40,325 nt of DNA, taken from NCBI GenBank assembly GCA_033551855.1, contig JAWSUI010000008.1:51064-91388 (forward strand). The letters are read 5' to 3'. The notes beneath the pieces were generated by a model that made no database searches, was not told the origin of the DNA, and was given only the letters and a program-made list of their open reading frames with translations. The translations under genes and the position numbers were made by a program. Position 1 is the stretch's first letter; every line of letters begins with the position of its first letter. This document shows, in pieces, positions 36,701-40,325 of the stretch. Origin of the DNA: Deferrisomatales bacterium (GTDB lineage: Bacteria > Desulfobacterota > Deferrisomatia > Deferrisomatales > JACRMM01).

Positions 36701-37407
36701 CGAGTGTCTTGAACCGGGCCGGTGGATTCACGTCGGAGGCATACCTCCGCGGCGCGGTCTTCACCCGGGAGAGCGCCCGCCAGCTCCAGCAGCAGCGGCT
36801 CGACGAGCTGCGGGAGCGCCTGCAGCAGCAGATCCTCCGGGTGGCCTCCCAGGAGGTGCAGGGGGCCCTCAGCGCCGAAGACGTGGAGGCGCAGAAGCAG
36901 TACCTGATCGGGCAGCAGGCGCTGGTCCAGAAGCTTCGGGAGACCCGCGCCACGGGCCGCGTCGTGGTGAGCCTCCTCCCGCTGGAGAAGATGGAAGGCA
37001 CGGAGTGGGACATCCCCCTGGAGGACGGCGACAAACTGACGGTGCCCAGCGTCCCGCAGACGGTGTCCGTGGTGGGGCAGGTCTACAATCCGACCAGCCT
37101 GCTATGGGAGACGAACAGGCGCTCGGTGCAAAACTACCTCTTCAAGACCGGCGGCCCGACGCCCGATGCCGACGCCAAGGACATCTATGTGGTGCGCGCG
37201 GACGGCACGGTCGTGAGCTCCAAGAGCCTGGGGGAGGGGAACTGGTGGAACCGGGGGGGGATTCACGACCTGGAGCTGTACCCGGGAGACACCGTGCTCG
37301 TGCCGGAGAAAGTCTTACGTGTCAACTACCTCAGGGGAATTCGGGACATCTCTCAGGTCCTGTACCAGATCGCCGTCACCGCCGGGGTGGCCGTGGCGTT
37401 GTTCTGA
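33718..37407 (+). CDS. Large multi-SLBB polysaccharide export protein (Wza/KpsD/OtnA-like) with extra N-terminal helical repeats
   Basis: Signal peptide, 'PDNYRVGPGD' Poly_export domain, many 'V.GEV..PG.Y' SLBB repeats, C-terminal amphipathic 'IRDISQVLYQIAVTAGV'. Confidence 0.9.
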   Translation: MTRRPRTILAALLLLAAPALAPGQTRTDGSTQRLGTGTQGLPIPPGMDVNKLLEEYTRSRARPQEGVTPFPPRDVEAEEVRVPPPDREALTARGLFEKAAKTLLQDGRLDEEKRRFLLGKASELGMDRREAMDLAEKIAEERRKIADFFLAQVKAREGKLTAEDKRYLEQQGRDLGLDPWETGDMIGLALERYRKREVYRSIVKEFLDDGILIASEEQHLEEKRKELGLTREEHREILDAEREKRLERARDVFSDIREEGRARALPERELDLYGRNLFRSSGPGAFRPVTGLAPPDNYRVGPGDTFEVFLWGRLEASYYLPVDSEGRVQFPQVGSVKVGGLTYAEAKGILKQRAEAITGVNAAVTMAETRSVQVFVVGEVERPGAMILTPLSTVVHALMAAGGPTPIGSLRGVALRRGGSPAASLDLYDFLREGQTRGDRPLENGDVIVVPRAQRLVHLHGQVKSPAVYELREGEGLRVLLEYAGGLAAEANAGRVQVERAVRNEQRVVLDVALGELPGDVPLQDGDRVRVFPLAPEIRNEVGLFGHVHRPGTYAHEEGMRVADLIRGTEALKPEVDLSYAAVLREDPESRERVVIPFHLGGALRNDPGQNLPLRPRDEVYVFQSSRFRPPLRAQASGEVRKPGLYRIEKGARVSDLVRLAGGLTPEAFLPRAEVLRYHPDRSRKTLYVDLGRAMEADPHHDLELADEDQLVVHPAWAQRPREIVLIEGEVQGARAEVLRRGRTVRQRLADLLGAGAPAGGAAGETAGASEEDPGSGDVLEGVTRTQVASEQGPVAVEVPLTRGMTVRDLVFKAGGLTKDAYLPVATLYRTDPFSKETIIRTFDLGRALEGDPAEDTVLQDLDHVVVHSAYEFAPVRRVHVSGMVSRPGPYPYAGNMRVRDLILASGGLTEEAYQEEAEVVRAEVVDGEVVQTRTIPFSLVRAMAGDEDANLPLEPRDRVFVKTIPDWRETRQVVLAGEVLFPGVYHVAKGESLSSVLNRAGGFTSEAYLRGAVFTRESARQLQQQRLDELRERLQQQILRVASQEVQGALSAEDVEAQKQYLIGQQALVQKLRETRATGRVVVSLLPLEKMEGTEWDIPLEDGDKLTVPSVPQTVSVVGQVYNPTSLLWETNRRSVQNYLFKTGGPTPDADAKDIYVVRADGTVVSSKSLGEGNWWNRGGIHDLELYPGDTVLVPEKVLRVNYLRGIRDISQVLYQIAVTAGVAVALF

Positions 37408-37487
37408 CCTCTCGGGGCCGGGCGGCCCAGCGCTCGAGGAGGAAGGCCGTACAAACCACCAGCATCCCCGCCGCCCGACCTGGACCT

Positions 37488-37862
37488 GGGTTCAGGGTTC
37501 GGGGTTCGGGGTTCAGGGTTCGGGGTTCAGGGGTTGGGGTTTGGGGGGTGGGGGGTGGGGGGTTGGGAGGTTGGGAGGTTCAGCTTCCAGCTCCCCGCTT
37601 CCCGCGTGACGATCCTCCCTCACATCCCTTCCTCACCCTCTCCACATCGTCCTCCGCCCTCCGTCCTCCGCCCTCCGCCCTCCGTCCTCCGCCCTCTGCC
37701 CTCGGTCCTCCGCCCTCGGTCCTCCCCCCTCGGTCCTCTGCCCTCTGTCCTCGGTCCTCCCCCCTCGGTCCTCTGCCCTCTGTCCTCGGTCCTCTGCCCT
37801 CTGTCCTCGGTCCTCTGCCCCTGGTCTCCCGACCCCCGACACTCCCGACCCCCGACCCTTGA
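37488..37862. repeat. Heptamer tandem repeat tracts (GGGTTCA/G, then CCTCYGY, CCCGACC)
   Basis: G-rich 7-mers at 37488-37580, pyrimidine-rich cctccgc/cctctgc/cctcggt 7-mers at 37652-37820, cccgac tract to 37862. Confidence 0.85.
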
Positions 37863-37924
37863 CCCCGGGGGCCCTGGTTCCCTAAGATGCGTCCTCCGAA
37901 TCCCGACCGAGAGGCTTTCCCTTT

Positions 37925-38914
37925 ATGCCCGAGCACCCGAACGCACCCTCCGGCACCGGCCCCGGGATCCCGGCCGAACCCGGTCAGGCTCCTCCCGGCG
38001 GCTATCCCCTGTACCCCCCCTACTGGGTCCCCCCGCCGGAAGACGAGATCAGTCTGCTCGACCTCCTGGCGGTGCTGCGCCGCCGATGGCTCCTCATCGC
38101 CGTCGTCACCCTCCTGGGCACCGGGGCCGCGGTAGCCTATGCCCTCCTGGCCACCCCCATCTACCGCGCCCAGGCCGTCATCGCGCCGCCCGAGCAGAAG
38201 AAGGGGGGCGCAGCCTCCATGGCCCTGGCCGCCTTCGGGGGCCTGGGAGCCGAGCTCGCGGGCAGCCTGGGCGTCAACCTCGGCGGCACCGACGCCAACC
38301 GGCTGGAGGCGCTCCTGAAGAGCCGTCGGCTCCTGGAGCGCACGGTCACCAAGTACGGCCTTCTGCCCGTGCTCTTCGAGAAAGACTGGGACGCCGAGAA
38401 AGAGACCTGGGCTGTCAAGAACCCGAAAGACGCCCCCACCTTCTGGGACGCCGAGAAGAAGCTCGAGAAGATCTACAGCGTCCGAAACGACGCCAAGGCC
38501 GGGGTGCTCCGGGTCTCCTTCGACTGGAAGGAGACCGCCCGGGCGCGTCAGGTGCTCGAGGCCTTCCTGACCGAGCTCGCCCTCTCCATGCAGGAAGACG
38601 AGCTTCGCAAGATCGAGGCCAACCGGACCTTCGCCGAGACGCAGCTCGCCCAGGCCACCGACCCCGTGATCGTGGCCAAGCTCCAGGGCCTCCTCTCCGA
38701 GCAGGTGGAAAAAGCGATGATGGCCCAGAACGTGGAGCACTTCGCCTTCGAGCTCATCGACCCGGCGGCGGTCTCGGACCGCAAGGTCAAGCCGAAGCGC
38801 GCCCTGGTCGCCGCCGTCGGGCTCACCACGAGCGCGTTCTTGGGGATCTTTCTTTCCTTCTTGGCCGAGTGGTTGCACCGCGTAAGCGCCGCGAGCACAG
38901 CCCGCGGGAGGTGA
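37925..38914 (+). CDS. wzz: Wzz/FepE-family polysaccharide chain-length determinant
   Basis: 'EDEISLLDLLAVL', TM1, 'PIYRAQAVI', 'IDPA...KVKPKRALV', TM2. Confidence 0.88.
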   Translation: MPEHPNAPSGTGPGIPAEPGQAPPGGYPLYPPYWVPPPEDEISLLDLLAVLRRRWLLIAVVTLLGTGAAVAYALLATPIYRAQAVIAPPEQKKGGAASMALAAFGGLGAELAGSLGVNLGGTDANRLEALLKSRRLLERTVTKYGLLPVLFEKDWDAEKETWAVKNPKDAPTFWDAEKKLEKIYSVRNDAKAGVLRVSFDWKETARARQVLEAFLTELALSMQEDELRKIEANRTFAETQLAQATDPVIVAKLQGLLSEQVEKAMMAQNVEHFAFELIDPAAVSDRKVKPKRALVAAVGLTTSAFLGIFLSFLAEWLHRVSAASTARGR

Positions 38915-39022
38915 TGGTCGGCGCTTTGTCCCGCCGGGGATTTCTCCGAGCGCCCTCCTTGATCCGCAGGTCCTTGGCCCCCGGCCACCATGCCCAGCAC
39001 CCAACGTCACGCTACTGCCTGG

Positions 39023-39222
39023 CAGGCCGATGGAAACAGGCTTGCGGGCGCCCCAAGGAAGGGCCGCCGAATCTCCGAGCTTGAAAAGCGCAGCGATTCG
39101 TGAGGGTCCGAAGGGGCCGCCCCCGAGGCGATTCCCCAGGAACAGGAAGTCGGGCTGGCCCCATGACGGGGCGAGTCGATCCGTCGTAAAGAAAACCACA
39201 GAAGACATTGTGCAACTGGCTG
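39023..39222. mobile_element. Degenerate copy B of the IS-end-like MITE
   Basis: Shares gcttgaaaagcgcag..gattcgtgaggg..cgaaggggcc..ccccgag.cgatt and gcccc..gacggggcgagtc with 22575-22797. Confidence 0.55.
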
Positions 39223-39546
39223 ATTGGACCGGCGGGGCCCGATTGTAAGGCCCCGCCCGGCTCGACGTGAAACCGCGCAGGGAGGCTCCGGGAGGGGAGC
39301 CGGGAAAACCGGACCGGAGGGCGCCACCGGCGATCGGAGGAGTGCCCTGCTGAGTTCCACCATGGGCGCGGAGGAGGGTGGGTGTTGCCCTCTCGGCTTG
39401 GCTGGTTCTGTCCGCCCCCCGGTACAACGGTCCACCTTGCGGCCACTTCCGCCAGACCTGCCGCGCAGGCGGGAGAAACCAGGACTCTCCGGGGACGACG
39501 CATTGAGCGACCGGCCTCTACGCCGAGGGATGGTGACTTCGTGAAA

Positions 39547-40221
39547 ATGACGTCCAGAATCTATCTGACAGTCAACAAAATTCTCGCTCGTGCGACAGGT
39601 TTCGTCTTGCATCCCGCCCTGGACCCTCTATCCACCTTCGATTGTCCAATCGATCTCATCATCGATATCGGGGTAGCTTCCGGGACTCCTGACGTCTATG
39701 CGCTGGCACCTGATGCCAATCTGATCTTGATTGAGCCATTGCAAAAGTACTGGCCCGATTGCGAACGGATTCTAAAAGGTAGGAGCGGTATGCTATTCAA
39801 GTGCGCCGCCGGAAAAGATAAGGCGGTATCGAGGTTATTTGAATACGGCCTCTCGTCATCTTTGCTTCCTAGGACCGACAAAGATATTGGCCAACGCACG
39901 ACAACAGTTGACGTTCAGCCATTGGATTCTTTACTACGAAGTTGTATTTACTGGGAGGCATCGGAAAACTGTCTTCTAAAAATAGACACAGAGGGCTATG
40001 AACTCGAATGTCTGAAGGGCAGCCTGACGGCTCTGCGGTCTAAAAAAATCAAATACATTTTTGCCGAATGCCGCATACATGGAATCGATACGTACGGTTT
40101 TTCAGAGTTGGTTTGCTTTCTCCACAGCCATCACTACAACCTGCTGGACCTGAGGGAGGTCGGGTACGGTCGGCGCAGGGTGAATTACCTGGATTGCATT
40201 TTTGAGCTACAGAGTCCTTGA
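39547..40221 (+). CDS. FkbM-family SAM-dependent methyltransferase (low-GC)
   Basis: 'IIDIGVASG', 'LIEPL', 'LLKIDTEGYELECLKG'. Markedly lower GC than the rest of the window. Start 39547 or 39541. Confidence 0.85.
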   Translation: MTSRIYLTVNKILARATGFVLHPALDPLSTFDCPIDLIIDIGVASGTPDVYALAPDANLILIEPLQKYWPDCERILKGRSGMLFKCAAGKDKAVSRLFEYGLSSSLLPRTDKDIGQRTTTVDVQPLDSLLRSCIYWEASENCLLKIDTEGYELECLKGSLTALRSKKIKYIFAECRIHGIDTYGFSELVCFLHSHHYNLLDLREVGYGRRRVNYLDCIFELQSP

Positions 40222-40325
40222 ACACTCTCCGCAGAATCCTGTCAACGACAGAGCCACGAGTCCGTTGCCGACCAGCAATTCCCGGGTAGGCCACCAAATG
40301 GCCGTGTGAAGGTTGCGGTGAGGCA

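Overview
A very GC-rich (roughly 70% by eye) bacterial chromosomal segment. Gene content (CbcL-like multiheme cytochrome, def-fmt-DUF116, Sec-type recoding) suggests an anaerobic deltaproteobacterium (Deferrisoma/Desulfobacterota-like); this is inference. In order, the window holds: a DUF2339-like membrane protein fragment; a 9-heme c-type plus cytochrome b CbcL-like protein; a convergent UshA-fold/tetraheme protein that reads through an in-frame UGA followed by an fdhF-like SECIS (a selenoprotein truncated in the ORF track); def-fmt-DUF116-polyprenyl synthase; a YhaM-like nuclease; a PilZ protein; a SagB nitroreductase; an Opp/Dpp SBP and two permeases coupled to ampD; a YHS-fused thioredoxin-reductase-like flavoprotein lacking CxxC; an HD protein; two CPA2 K+/H+ antiporters; OsmC; an EctR/CosR-like MarR gene followed by an AsnB-type amidotransferase, a nitrilase-family hydrolase, a small ORF and a trehalose/maltose-type ABC transporter (candidate osmolyte locus); a PepSY-TM protein; and the start of a surface polysaccharide cluster (large SLBB/Wza-like protein, Wzz, low-GC FkbM methyltransferase). 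Intergenic spaces carry several repeat families: GTAG REPs, a ~190-bp long-hairpin element, an IS-end-like MITE, and hexamer/heptamer tandem repeats. No rRNA, tRNA, CRISPR array or transposase was recognised.
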